Source: Eledone cirrhosa (taxonomy: Eukaryota). From it: a stretch of 64,000 nucleotides of DNA. The DNA lies in NCBI GenBank assembly GCA_964016885.1, contig OZ024741.1, positions 196,416,001 through 196,480,000 of the forward strand, in the 5' to 3' direction. Under the pieces are notes generated by a model. It did not search any database. It saw only the letters and a program-made list of their open reading frames with translations, and had not been told where the DNA came from. A program made the translations under genes and the position numbers. Positions 13,141 through 25,260 of this stretch are shown here, piece by piece. The first letter of the stretch is position 1. Every line of letters starts with the position of its first letter.

Positions 13141-14249
13141 GTAAGTTTTTATAAACTCCATTTAGAAATAATCCTTTATTAAAGAAATATATATTTTCAT
13201 GTATTATATTAATAAAGGCAATATATGTATGTGTGTATATATACAATATATGTGTGTGTGTGTGTATATATATATATACATGCTAGCGTGGAAGATGGAT
13301 GTTAAACGAAGATGATGATGATATATGTATGAATGTATGTATATGTATATATATCATCATCATCGTTTGACATCCATTTACCATGATAGCACGGGTTAGA
13401 TGAGCTGTCCTGAGATAAGCCAGGTTGGGGTGGGGGGGGGGGTGTTTTGCTCACACAGAACTGATTTGGGTTTGGTTTCTATGGCTGGATGCCCTTCCTA
13501 ACATCAACCACATTTACAGTGTGTATTGGGTGTTTTTTGTCATGATAGCTACATCACCACTTTACAGTGTGTGCTGGGGAGGTTTTTGTTGTGATACCTA
13601 TACAACCACTTTACAGTGTTGACTGGATGTTTTTGTTGACACCTATACAACCACTTTACAGTCTTGACTGGGTGCTTTTTGTAGTGACATCTACATGACC
13701 ACTTTACAGTGTGGGCTGGGCACTTTTTGTCATGTCACCAACACAACCACTTTATAGTGGGGATTGGGTAGGGGAGATAGATCTAGGGGTGGGGTGATTA
13801 TAGTGTGGGAGGTATATGAAATGGGTAATGGGAGGAAAGGTGGTGTATACTAGTTGTATGCCTCAGTCCCTGCATATGGGAAGGCAGGTCTTCTGTATTA
13901 TTGCATGATTCCAGAGGTCTCGGTCCTATGTCATCACCTTAGGTGCAATTGTGCAAGATCAGCTTTTATCACCTCCTCCAAGGTCTTTCAGCAGATTGTT
14001 GAATAAAATAACTTGCTGTTAGATGTATATTCTTATAGGATGAAACAATTGTCAGTAATGAAATGTCTTAAACTTTTAATTTTGGTTTGTAAATACATTA
14101 TAATTATATATTGGCTCTGCTTGATCCTATCATAGCATTGAGCTAAAATACACCTAGTAAACGAGTAAAACCTATTCTTTACTCTCATAAATATTATATA
14201 TATCACATTTGAGCTTTGAATTATTCTTTGTCTTATGTAACTGCATTAT

Positions 14250-17200
14250 CAACTCATCTTCACCCTGTTCCTTTCGATGTAGTAAAATTTAGTTTTCTAT
14301 CTCATCAGGCTCTTTCGATCTAGAATAATTTCCTCTTCTCTTTCACCATGCGGTTTTCGTTTTTCTTCCCCATGCTGTTTTTACCATGGTCTCACGTTAA
14401 AGACACAACTTACCCCTGATACGGTTCATTATTATTGCTATCGTGTTTTCTGTCAAGTAACGTAATCTTTTTGTTTCCTTTCTCCAACCCAACTATGTCT
14501 AATCCATGCACTCCTTACCCAGATCGGCATCTTTCATTTTTTCATTTTTTCCCCTCCTTTCTAAAAAATTTCCTTTTCTCTTTCACCTTGTTCGATCTAG
14601 TAAAATTTAGTTTTCTGTCTCATTATGCTCTTTAGCCATACCCCACATTATCCTCCCTCCCCCCTCTCGCCACCACTGCCACATCAACCAATCAAACCTC
14701 TGCAACGCAAACTAGTAACCTGCTCACTCAATCCCCACTCCTAGGACAGTTGTTTTCGATCTGATGTTTGTTTCTGTATGGCTTATGGACTACTAAATTG
14801 GAGCATTACTAATCGAGGAATATGAACCCACCAACCACCTCTGGACGAACACGTAATCGCTCTTCTTTATTTCAGATATGGATAACCAACACCAACTCAC
14901 CCCTCCTACCCCCCCACATGCTCCCCCTACCAAGTTCCCATCTTCTACCTCTCGCTCTCCCACTGATCTCCATAACTTCAGAGTTGGCACCATCAACGTT
15001 GGCACGATGAAAGGTAGATCTGGAGAGATTGTAGAGATGCTTTAACGAATGAAAGTTGATATGTGCTGTGTACAAGAGACAAAATGGAGAAGTATGTCAG
15101 CTAGATTCCTCGTTGGCAAAAAACGATTTTTCTAGGTGGGAAATGACGAGGGGCTGGATGGAGTAGGGATTTTGGTAACAGAAAAGTGGGTAAACAAAGT
15201 TATTGCTGTAAATAAAGAAAATGACAGAATAATTAAACTTAGACTTGTACTAAATAGAACAACCATAATAATTATATCTGCTTACGCTCCTCAATCTGGA
15301 CTTCCAGACATACAGAAAGACAGGTTCTATGAGTCCCTAATGCATATTACCTTCCAAATAAACGACAATGACTTCCTACTTATTGCAGGTGATTTCAACG
15401 GACATGAGGACAACTCTGCAAGAGCTTTGATGGGATCCACAGGGGCTACAGGTATGGTCCTAGAAACGAAGAAGGCTTCAGACTACTGGGATTCTGTGAC
15501 ACAAATGACCTATGTAACACGAACTTCAGAAAACGAGACATCCACCTAATGACATATAGATCAGGTGACCCCACCAGCCAATTTGATTTCATTGTTAATA
15601 GAAGACGAGACAGAGTGACTGTTAGGAACACAAAGTCCCTCCCCAGTGAAGAATACACCTAACAGGTCCAGGTCCAGGTCTAGAAGAACACGACAACAGA
15701 AGCCAACCTGGAGGAGACAAGTATGGAAGTTAAAAGACCCATCAAACAGTGACAAATTTAGAAGTATGTTGACCGACGCCTTCAACAGCAAGGAAGAGCA
15801 AATAGGGACATACAATATAGAGGAACAGTGGGAGTTCCTGAAAGATAAACTACTGAAGGCAACGGATGAAATCTGTGGTTGGAGTAGGTCTCTAGGGAGA
15901 TTGAGAGTGACTTGGTGGCGAAATAGTAAAGTAGATGAAACAGTTAGGCCAAAAGACAGGCTTGGAAAGATTAGCGTAATGGGGGTAGTAGAGAAGTTTA
16001 CCAGAAAACTAGGCAACAAGTTTACCTCACTAGAAGGAAAGCAGAAAGCAAAACATTTAAGCATATTTTGCAGCGTGAGGTGTTCAGGATCTCTAGACAG
16101 TATGTCAGGGAGAAATGTGTCCGAAATGATTTGGGCAAACTTGCTCTCACTGATGCTGAAAAGAATATAGCATGGAAGTGCCACTAAGAAGGATTACTGA
16201 ATGAGGAGAATGCATGGGATAAAGACAGTCTGACACATGTCAACCCAACAGAGGGACCAACTGTACAAGTTTGCAGTAGTATAGTAAGTAAGGCAATCAA
16301 GGGTATGAATTCAGGCAAGGTAGCTGGTCTCAGGGATAGTTGCTAAGATGCTGAAAATTTCATTTATGGTGGGCCGCACCCTAGTCACCCACATTGTAAA
16401 CCAAGTCATACAAAATGGTGTCATACCCAATGACTGGTGTAGCAGCAGCATCGTAAACTGCTACAAGGGCAAAGGAGATGCTTTAAATAGAGAAAACTAT
16501 AGAGGCATTAACTTGATTGACCAGGTTATGAAGGTCACTGAGTGAGTCATAGCACAGCTGATTAGAGAATGTGTTAACATAGATGAGATGCAGTTTGGAT
16601 TTCTCCCAGGTAAGAGTACCATAGATGCCCGCTTCCTTGTAAGACAACTGCAGGAGAAGTACCTAGCTAAGAGTAAGCCCCTCTATTTGGCTTTTGTTGA
16701 CCTTGAGAAAGCTTTTGATAGTCCCCCATTCCATTACCTGGTGTGTTCTTAGGAAACCAGGAGTTGACGAATGGCTTGTAAGCGCAGTTCAAGCAATGTA
16801 TAGTAGAACAGCCAGCAAGGTCAGAATTAACAATGATTAAAGCGAAGAATTTAGCGTGCGGGTTGGTGTTCATCAGGGCTGTTCTTAGCCCTCTCCTGTT
16901 TATTATTGTTCTGTAAGCAATAACGGAGGAGTTTAAGACCGGCTGCCCATGGGAACTTCTGTATGCTAATGACCTAACCCTTATAGCTGAACTAGAGATG
17001 AAATTCCAAACCTGGAAGCAAGGCCTAGAATCTAAAGGTCTTAAAGTCAACCTGGCAAATACTAAAGTCCTAGTAAGTAGAAGGAAAATGGGGCACAGAT
17101 CTCCTCTGGGAAATGGCCCTGCTCAGTGTGCAGAAAAGGAGTTGGTAGAAATTCCACTCTATGTACCAAATGCAAGCAATGGGTACACAAGAGATGTAGC

Positions 17201-18230
17201 GGATCTCAGGCAGGCTAACAAGGATTGTAGGTTTTACTTGTGGCTGGTGCACAGGGGTAGTAAGTAGCAAGAACCCTCAGGATACAATCACCTTCAAATG
17301 CTCAGAGGGCTCGGTCGAAGTGGTAGATAGTTTCTGTTACCTGGGTGACCAAATCAGTAGTGGGGGAAGGGGTGTCTGCAAGCACAGTAACTAGAGTGAT
17401 ATCAGATTGGAGAGTGTTCAGGAGCTACTACCATTAATAACTAGAAAAGGTTTTTCCCTCAAAATGAAAGGCAGACTGTATGATGCTTGTATACGAACAG
17501 CAATGTTGCACAGCAGCGAGACCTGGGCACTGGATGCTGAGGACCTGCGAAGATTGGAAAGAAATTAAGCCTCCATGCTTCGCTGGATGTGCAATAGCAA
17601 TATACGTGAATGGCAAAGTATAAATGTACTGTGTGAGAAATTAGGCATAAGAGGGATCAGTTGTTGCATGCAGTAGAGAACATTGCGTTGGTATGGACAT
17701 GTGATGCATATGAAGGATGGCAACTGTATTAAACGGTGCAGAGCGCTCAAAGTTGATGGTAGCCGTGGAGTGGGCAGGCCTAGGAAGACTTGGAATGAGG
17801 TAATAAAAGCTGACCTTGCACAATTACACCTCTCAAAGGCAATGACCGCGACCTCTGGTGCTATGTAGTATTACAGAAAACCCGCCCTCTATTTTTTCAG
17901 ACTGTGGCCTATACCTATTAGGCAACACCTTCCTCAACCTCCTCCCCTCTCATACACCTCCCTTTGCAGTAACCATCCCTCCCCTATTACCTATATTCAC
18001 AAATTCCCCAAGCTTCCTACCCCCGTCCCTAGTTCCAAGACAAAAGTGCCCAGTCCGCACTAAAGTGGTTATGTAGGTGACATGACAAAAAACACCCAAA
18101 TGGAGTTGGCATTAGGAAGGACACCCAGTTGTAGAAACCAAGCCAAAATCTGACCTGATTTTCTCCTTAAGGGTCAACCGTCCTACCCATGCTAGTGTGG
18201 AAGATGGACGTTAAACGACGATGATGATGA
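14250..18230 (+). mobile_element. Near full-length decayed RTE LINE (APE endonuclease, RT with PHD insert, 3' UTR, (GAT)n tail)
   Basis: VGTINVGTM..DMCCVQETKWR, SAYAPQ, GDFNGH, YKGKGDA..NYRGI, FVDLEKAFD, LLYANDL, RWYGHV; several stops and frameshifts; 5' boundary approximate. Confidence 0.92.
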
Positions 18231-18255
18231 TATATATATGTATGATATATGTATA

Positions 18256-18590
18256 TCATTTTCATTTCATTTTACGTCCGCTTTTCCCTGCTTGCAAGGG
18301 TGGGACGGGAACTGATTCTGGCTTGATTTCTACAGCTGGATGCCCTACCTAACACCAACCTCATTTACAGTGAGTGCTGGGTGCTTTTTTGCCATGGCGC
18401 CTCCACGACCACTTTGCAGTGGAATTATATGGAGCCCAGTCCTATCATCTCATTTCTACAGCTGAGTAAACTGGAGCAATGTGAAATAAAGTGTCTTGCT
18501 CAAGGAAACAACACATCACCCGGTCTGAGAATTGAACTCACAACCTTTCAATTGCAAGCTCAATGCTCTAACCACTAAGCCATGTGCCTC
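18256..18590 (-). mobile_element. Full-length tRNA-derived SINE with RTE-type tail
   Basis: Close reverse-complement copy of 27541-27872; A-box tggcttagtgg, B-box gttcaattc. Confidence 0.85.
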
Positions 18591-18592
18591 CC

Positions 18593-18637
<45 letters not shown>

Positions 18638-19443
18638 TATGCATTGGTATATCATCTTCGTTTAACGTCCGTTTTCCACTCTAGCATGGGTTAGACGGTA
18701 TAGTATATGTATATACATACAAATATGTATGTGTGTGTATATATGTATATATATATTATGTTGATACCACAAAACATCCAGCCCACAGTGTAAAGTGGTT
18801 GTGTAAAGGACACGGCAAAAAACACCCAGCTCACATGTAAATGTGGTTGGAGTTAGAAAGGGCATCCAACCGTAGAAAAACCACCCAGAAACAGTTCTAT
18901 ATGAGCAGGACATGGACAGCCAACCCAACTTGCTTCTAAATGGGACAAACCCGTCTAACCCAGGCTAATGTGGAAGATAGATGTTAAACGATGATACATA
19001 TAACAATACAGTACAAAGAAGAAATATATTAGTTAAATGCTTGATATAGTAGGAAAAGAGTCATGACATTTCAGACATTTGACCTTCATCAGTAGATAGA
19101 ATGAGAAACAAAAGATGAAATAGAAAGATAGAGCATGAGAGGAGGAAGGAATGGGAAAAAAATTGTATGTGTGTATATACATTCAATATTTTATCCCCTT
19201 TTCCATATAAAAGCATGAAACTAATAAGACTTTTGTATCTGTTTTGTCATTTCCTTGAACTATATATATATATATTTTGTAACTGTTTACCTTCGTTCTA
19301 TTTCTCTCTTCTTTGATTACACTCCTCGTTTGTTCATGTTTCCACTACTGAATCCCTACCAACCTGTTGAGTCACCTTAACGTATGTTGAGAACTTTCCT
19401 CACAACTTGTTCTACCAAGCTTTGGAATACTCCTAATTACTGA

Positions 19444-19481
<38 letters not shown>

Positions 19482-19545
19482 GTAGAACGCTGGAAGGTAA
19501 TATCCGTAGTGGTAGAGCACTCAGTCCATGGAACGAGTTTGGTAG

Positions 19546-21040
19546 AAGTAGAAACACAACAGTTAGTTCACCATACCGAGAACAATTGTTTCAGCTTGGA
19601 CTGGTCATGGTTATACGGAACAGGAAGAACAACCGTATGATTGCGCATACACAGAAACCCAAGCGATACAAAACCACGGGCAAAAGGTGTAAGGGAGATA
19701 ACTGCGAAAGTTCAGAATAAAATGTTCGAGTTGATTAGAATGTTGTTATTCAATCCAGAGCTTTGTAGTTATGCAAGAGGTGTTTCCAGAAATGTGGACA
19801 AAGTGAGAAGATTTCATTTCTTCTACTTGTAATGAGTTAGGACTTAGGATAACAGTAGCTACCAACCTCTCTAGCGTAGATTTCTTAGACATTAATTTAG
19901 ACTTTCGCACACATACCTTCAGACCCTTCCATAAGCTAAACGAAAAACTTAATTACTTACCCAAGGACTCATGCCACCCACCTACTCTTTTTAAAAATTT
20001 TCGTAAATAATATCAGTACTAGAATCTCTAACCTCTCCTCTAATAAGGCTATCTTTGACAGAGCAACACCCTACTATAACACGGTGTTAGCTAACAGCGG
20101 CTCCTCACAACCAATTACTTACTCTCCCACTAACAACAACAGCAATAAGGAAAGAAATCGTAACAATAGACAAACTATCTGGTCCTCTCCTCCCTTCTCA
20201 CTCAACGTTACAACTAATGTAGGAAAAAATTTTTTAGCCCTCTTAGATAGACGCTTTCCCATAGGTCACAAATACCGCTCCATCTTTAACAGACACAGAG
20301 TAAAACTAGAGTACTCCTGCGATAAGAATATGAAGGCCCACATCACCAACAGTCCTAAGAGCGGCACCTCACCAGGATGCTCTTGCCGAAAGCCTGAAGC
20401 TTGTCCCTTTCAACTGCAATGCAACACACCCGCTGTAGTTTATGAAGCTGTGGTCACTTCCAACCTACCAAATCAACCACAGGAGGTCAAATCCTATGTG
20501 GGTATGGGGGAGGGCCCATTTAAGGAATGCTTCCTCAACTATGAGTCAACCTTTAGGTACCCGGACAAACAATCATCCACGAAGCTCACGAGCCACGTAT
20601 GGTCCCTCAAAGACTCAAGTATAGACTACTCCATTCAATGGAAAGCCATCACTAAGTCCAAGCCATACACAAGGCGCAATCCGTCTTGTGGACTGTTTAT
20701 TGAAGAAAGGATAAATATTCTAAAGAGATTACACAATAGCGATTGCCTAAATTCAAGAAATGAAATCTTGCGTTGTCCACATGTCTGAAAACACCTCCTG
20801 CATAACTACAAAGTTCCGGATTGAATAACAACATTCTAATTTTCTAATCAACTCGAACATTTTATTCCGGAATTTATCTCCCTTACACTTTTCGCTCGTG
20901 GTTTTGTATCGCTTGGGTGAAGTGACCGTTTCTGCACATGCGCGTTCATACAGTTGTTCTTTTTGTTCCGTATAACCATGACCAGTCCAAGCTGAAACAA
21001 TTGTTCTCAGTATGGTGAACTAACTGTTGTGTTTCTACTT
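19546..21040 (+). mobile_element. 5'-truncated Penelope-like element (RT C-terminus and GIY-YIG endonuclease) with inverted pLTR
   Basis: DFLDINLD..PFHK..SCHPP; ORF 20084-20788 WSSPPFSLNVTTNVGKNFL, C.C....CP, VVY..YVG, C.L..EE...LNSRNE; 19546-19822 is an inverted copy of 20755-21040. Confidence 0.9.
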
Positions 21041-21564
21041 ATATATATATATATATATATATATACAAAATTAAGATAAATTAAATGAATTTAATCCAAA
21101 TCAAAATTATGGGTGTCATGCCAGAACGGCATGCGCCATATCGCCTGGAAAATAAGCTCAAAAATTCTATCAAGTAGGTCCGAGCATTTTATAATAACTA
21201 GAAATTGATTAACATATATATAAACATGAATAATCACAGGAGATAATTTTTACAAGTGTGTAAGCACACATAGCTAGGTAGGTAACTAAATAAAGTTGAC
21301 TAGAACTTCAAAAATAGATACCTTATAATATGATTAATCTTCCCTGTATATATTCCATTAAAGAAATATATTTCACCAATTAATCAGATGGTAAATCACG
21401 GAAGTGGATATTTTGGATTTTCAACAAGGAAGAAAAATTTCCAGCAATCCATGTTTACACTACAAGTTCAAATCTGCAACTGGCTATTACCACGTGTTGA
21501 ATCTACACATGATATTAGCTTCGTCTCAGTGGCGTGAATAGGGTTATCGACAACTAGAAACAAC

Positions 21565-22558
21565 ATAGGAGAATAGGGAGAATGATCACCCAGTTCAAAG
21601 CCACAGTCATACACAGCAGCCATTGAAACCAAAGACTTATGTGCTGGACCATAGTCCTGATGAAACAAGACCCCTTTCGTCAGTTTTCCTGGGCGTTTGG
21701 GCTTGATAGCCTTTCTTAAGTGCCTCAGCAAGTTGACATAGTACGCTCCGTTGATGTTGTGGCTCTTTTGAAGATAGTCACTAAGCACAATGCCTTTTGC
21801 ATCCCCCAAAACTGAGGCCATCATCTTCCCTGCAGATGAAACGACCTTGGCCTTCTTTGGAGCAGGTGAGGAAGGATGTTTCCACTGCATGGATTGTCTC
21901 TTTGTTTCAGGCTCAAAGTGATGAATCCAGCACTCATGTTGGGTTAGGAAATGTTCAAAGAAACTAGCTGGATCTGCCTCAATCAATGTCAGATTTTCCT
22001 GTGATGTGATCAGCCAGGTGCGTTTTTGATCAAGTGTCAGAAGATGTGGCCTCACCAAGCAGAAACCTTCACCATGCCAATTTCATGGTGCAGACTCTCA
22101 CATAGGATATCCTAATAGCATTGTCTATTTGATTTATAGTAAATTGCCTGTCTTCCATCACCATGTGGTGAACATGATCAATGGTAGCAGTTGCAGGATG
22201 TCCAGACCTTGGATCATCTTCAAGACTCTCCCTTCCTCTCCTAAATTCAGCTGCCCACATTGCACTGTTGATAAAGCTGGAGCATCATTCCTTAGTGCAG
22301 CAACTATGTCAACATGAATATCCTTGGGGGCTAAACCCTTTTCTTTTTCTACAGGTACTTGATAACACCACAATGCTAATTTTGTCCATTTTCAAGAGAA
22401 GTCGCTTTTGAAGTCTTCTTTGAACAGTCAGATGTCAGTTTTCCTGGAAAGAAGCAATGTAGTTATTAATAAGAGATGAAATTAATGCATGCGACATTTC
22501 ACAGCTCTAGCATCACTCCTTCATAGTCAGCCTATGAACTTTTCAGTCCATTCTCATT
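21565..22558 (-). mobile_element. Mariner relic, 3' truncated
   Basis: W...F.RGRESLEDDPRSG, WIHHFEPETKRQSMQW, HQDYGPAH, HSPYSP; TIR-like gactgaaaagttcataggctgac at the right end; sequence breaks after the YSP motif. Confidence 0.88.
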
Positions 22559-23329
22559 TATTGATAGTCAAGCGACAAGATCCCAGGCCCCATTCGCTTA
22601 ACGAGTGGCATGGAGCTCATCAAATCAGACCGAGGAAACAATGTTTCCATTGGTTTTTCCAATTGCTAATACTATCTGTCGGTCGCAACTCCAGACAGAA
22701 GAAGCAACGTGAAATAAAGTGTCTTGCTCAAGGACATAACGCATCGCCCGGTCTGGGAATCGAAATCACAATCTCACAAATGCAAATTCAATTCCCTAAC
22801 CAGCCAGCCATGCACCTTCTCATATACATATAATAAAAAGTAACTGATTTAAAATAACATTTACCCCCATTGTTATATAAGTATACTGAACAAATAAATT
22901 CTCAGTCATTGAAGCCAAGGATACATTCTTTTATATTTTCTCAATCTTTATCTGTTTTAGCTTTGATATCTCGCTTTGGAAGATTATCAATACCAATTTC
23001 AATGTCTGATTATATTGCTCCAAATATAAATAAAGGAATTTCTCAAAAGCTTATATAGAAAAACATTATACCTAATGATATGTACGTCTTTTTCAGGATT
23101 AAATAATATCTATTTAAGAATTAATTTATCCTCTGGTTTGTTGATTGGATCCCTCAGATTCAAAGAAGCATTTATTTCATTTTAATTCAATTCAAATGCT
23201 TTGATAGGAAGGGCATCCAGCTGTAGAAAACCTGCCAAACAGGAGGACACTTCAGCTATGTCAAGAACATGACAACTTCCCTAGTGTTGGTGCCACAATA
23301 AAATGCACTCGGTAGAGCATGGGATCATA

Positions 23330-24456
23330 TGAGATGTGTCAGAAAAGAAACAAGACTTGGGTTGCAAACAAAATATTTTAAATCCAAACTACAAGTTTTC
23401 CCCTTGAGTCTAATGCACTTCCCATCCTTTTCTGCCATTCCTCCATGCACTCCTGGAAGCACTCTCAGGATTCTCTGATGGCTTCCACGTCTTGAAAACG
23501 GGTCCCCTTGAGGACCCTCTTGAGCTTGGTGAAAAGGAAAAAAAATCACACGGAGCCAGGTTGGGTGAGGAGTGAGGTTGCTCCAACAGCCGATGTTCTC
23601 AACCAGGAATGACAGGATACTCAGGGCCTTGTGAGCCGGCACTTTATCATGGTGAAGCAGTCATGTATTGTCTTGCCACAACTCTTGTCTCTTCTTGCAC
23701 ACTGAACAAAGCAAATGCTGTAGACATGCTGGTTGATTGGCCCTGTGGAAAGAACTCCATGTGGACGATGCCCCTAATATCAAAGAACACGATCAACGTG
23801 AGCATGATTTTGGACTTCAACTATCTTGCTTTCTTTGACCTTGGTGACTCCAGACTCATCCACTGAAAGCTCTGGTGTTTGGTCTCCAGGTTGTACTTGA
23901 AGATCCATGATTGATCAGCAAGTCTGGTTTGATTTCAAGACACTTGGGGATGTCTTGACACCTGCATGTACTGCTCCTTCTGGTCATCATTCAGCAGCTT
24001 TGGCACCACCTTCGTGTAGATCTTCAGCGATAACCTTCCAATCACTGTTGTGGTTCATGCTCAGATCACTTGCAATCAGTTGAACAGTCAGCCGATGATC
24101 ACTACACACAACCTACTTCACACACTTAATGTTGGCCTCAGTCATGTTCACTGAAAGTCTTCTGCTCCTGGGGTTGTCTCATCTCTGTACATTTGCTGCA
24201 GTACTCCAAATGCTTCTGATGAATTTTTCCCCAGTCAGACCAGAAATTTCAGGTTGGTTCGTTGCTCCGTGCCCATTGCTTGATGGCGTAACATTGAGGA
24301 GCTGTTAAAAGCATGCAAAAAAAAAACATACTGTGACTACAGAAAGCTGATATTGCAATTATATACTCCGCAGATATTATGTCACGTGGTGACATAACCT
24401 GCTAATCCCTACTCCACTCATAGCTCACACAGCACACTAACTTCTGATACACCTCA
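23330..24456 (-). mobile_element. Second mariner relic with both TIRs and TA target duplication
   Basis: TA|tgagatgtgtcagaa ... ttctgatacacctca|TA; minus-strand remnants WIFKYNLETKHQSFQW, LHHDKVPAH, PHP..LAP.DFF; inserted into an RTE-tail repeat. Confidence 0.85.
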
Positions 24457-24556
24457 TATATCAGGCCCCCAGCCCATTTGTAGAGCAGCAACTCTGCTTG
24501 AGTTCTGACCAGTCTGTAGCAACTCATCCTTCACTAGCAGGGAAAATGGACATTAA

Positions 24557-24749
24557 CCCTTTAGCATTTACATTAGTCTATATATACTATTATAGTTTCA
24601 AGGTAAAGGTTTTACCTCACATTATCTTAGATAATATCAATGCTCTGAAATTTTGAGAACAATACCTTAACATCAGTGTGAGTAGCTAGTTACAGCCGGT
24701 TTGAACAGAAAGAGGTGAGAGAATTATGGCCGGTTTAAATGCTAAAGGG
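24557..24749. mobile_element. piggyBac-type MITE (193 bp)
   Basis: TTAA|ccctttagcattta ... taaatgctaaaggg|TTAA: perfect 14-bp TIR and TTAA TSD; degenerate second copy at about 58301-58505. Confidence 0.9.
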
Positions 24750-25116
24750 TTAAATGATGATGATGATGATCTCACTTTGGAACATTATCAAGACCAATTT
24801 CAATATTTGATTATGTTGCTTCAAATATTCTTCAATGTTTTTGTTAATCTTTTTGTGAATTAAATAATATCTAATTAAGAATTAATGTATTCCTTGTGTA
24901 TCTGGTTTATGATAGATACACTGTATCCCTGTGTGTTGTAAGAAGTGACTAAAAAATGTTGGTGTGAGGAAGGGCATCTGGCTGTAAAACATTGATTCAA
25001 AAAGCAATTTCCATCATTTAAATTCAGCCGTAAAGCTTCATATATCATATAGTAGAATTTCTTGAATCTTTTTAATAAAAGTGAAATCAATTATAATTTT
25101 TTCCTATCTTTTTTAG

Positions 25117-25260
25117 CACAGATTTGGAGCTGATCTTGAGCATGAGTTACTGCCAAATTTAAAAAGAGAACTCAGCACTGTCTCAACAACGAACTGTGGG
25201 AAAGTTGCACACCTGTTTATCAAAAGACTACAGGAAGAAGTGTTGAAAATAATGCAATGA
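25117..25260 (+). CDS. GXYLT1: GXYLT terminal coding exon
   Basis: tttttag acceptor, phase 0; HRFGADLEHELLPNLKRELSTVSTTNCGKVAHLFIKRLQEEVLKIMQ* resembles the GXYLT C-terminus (T.CGK...FIK.L); TGA at 25258-25260. Confidence 0.88.
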   Translation, partial: HRFGADLEHELLPNLKRELSTVSTTNCGKVAHLFIKRLQEEVLKIMQ

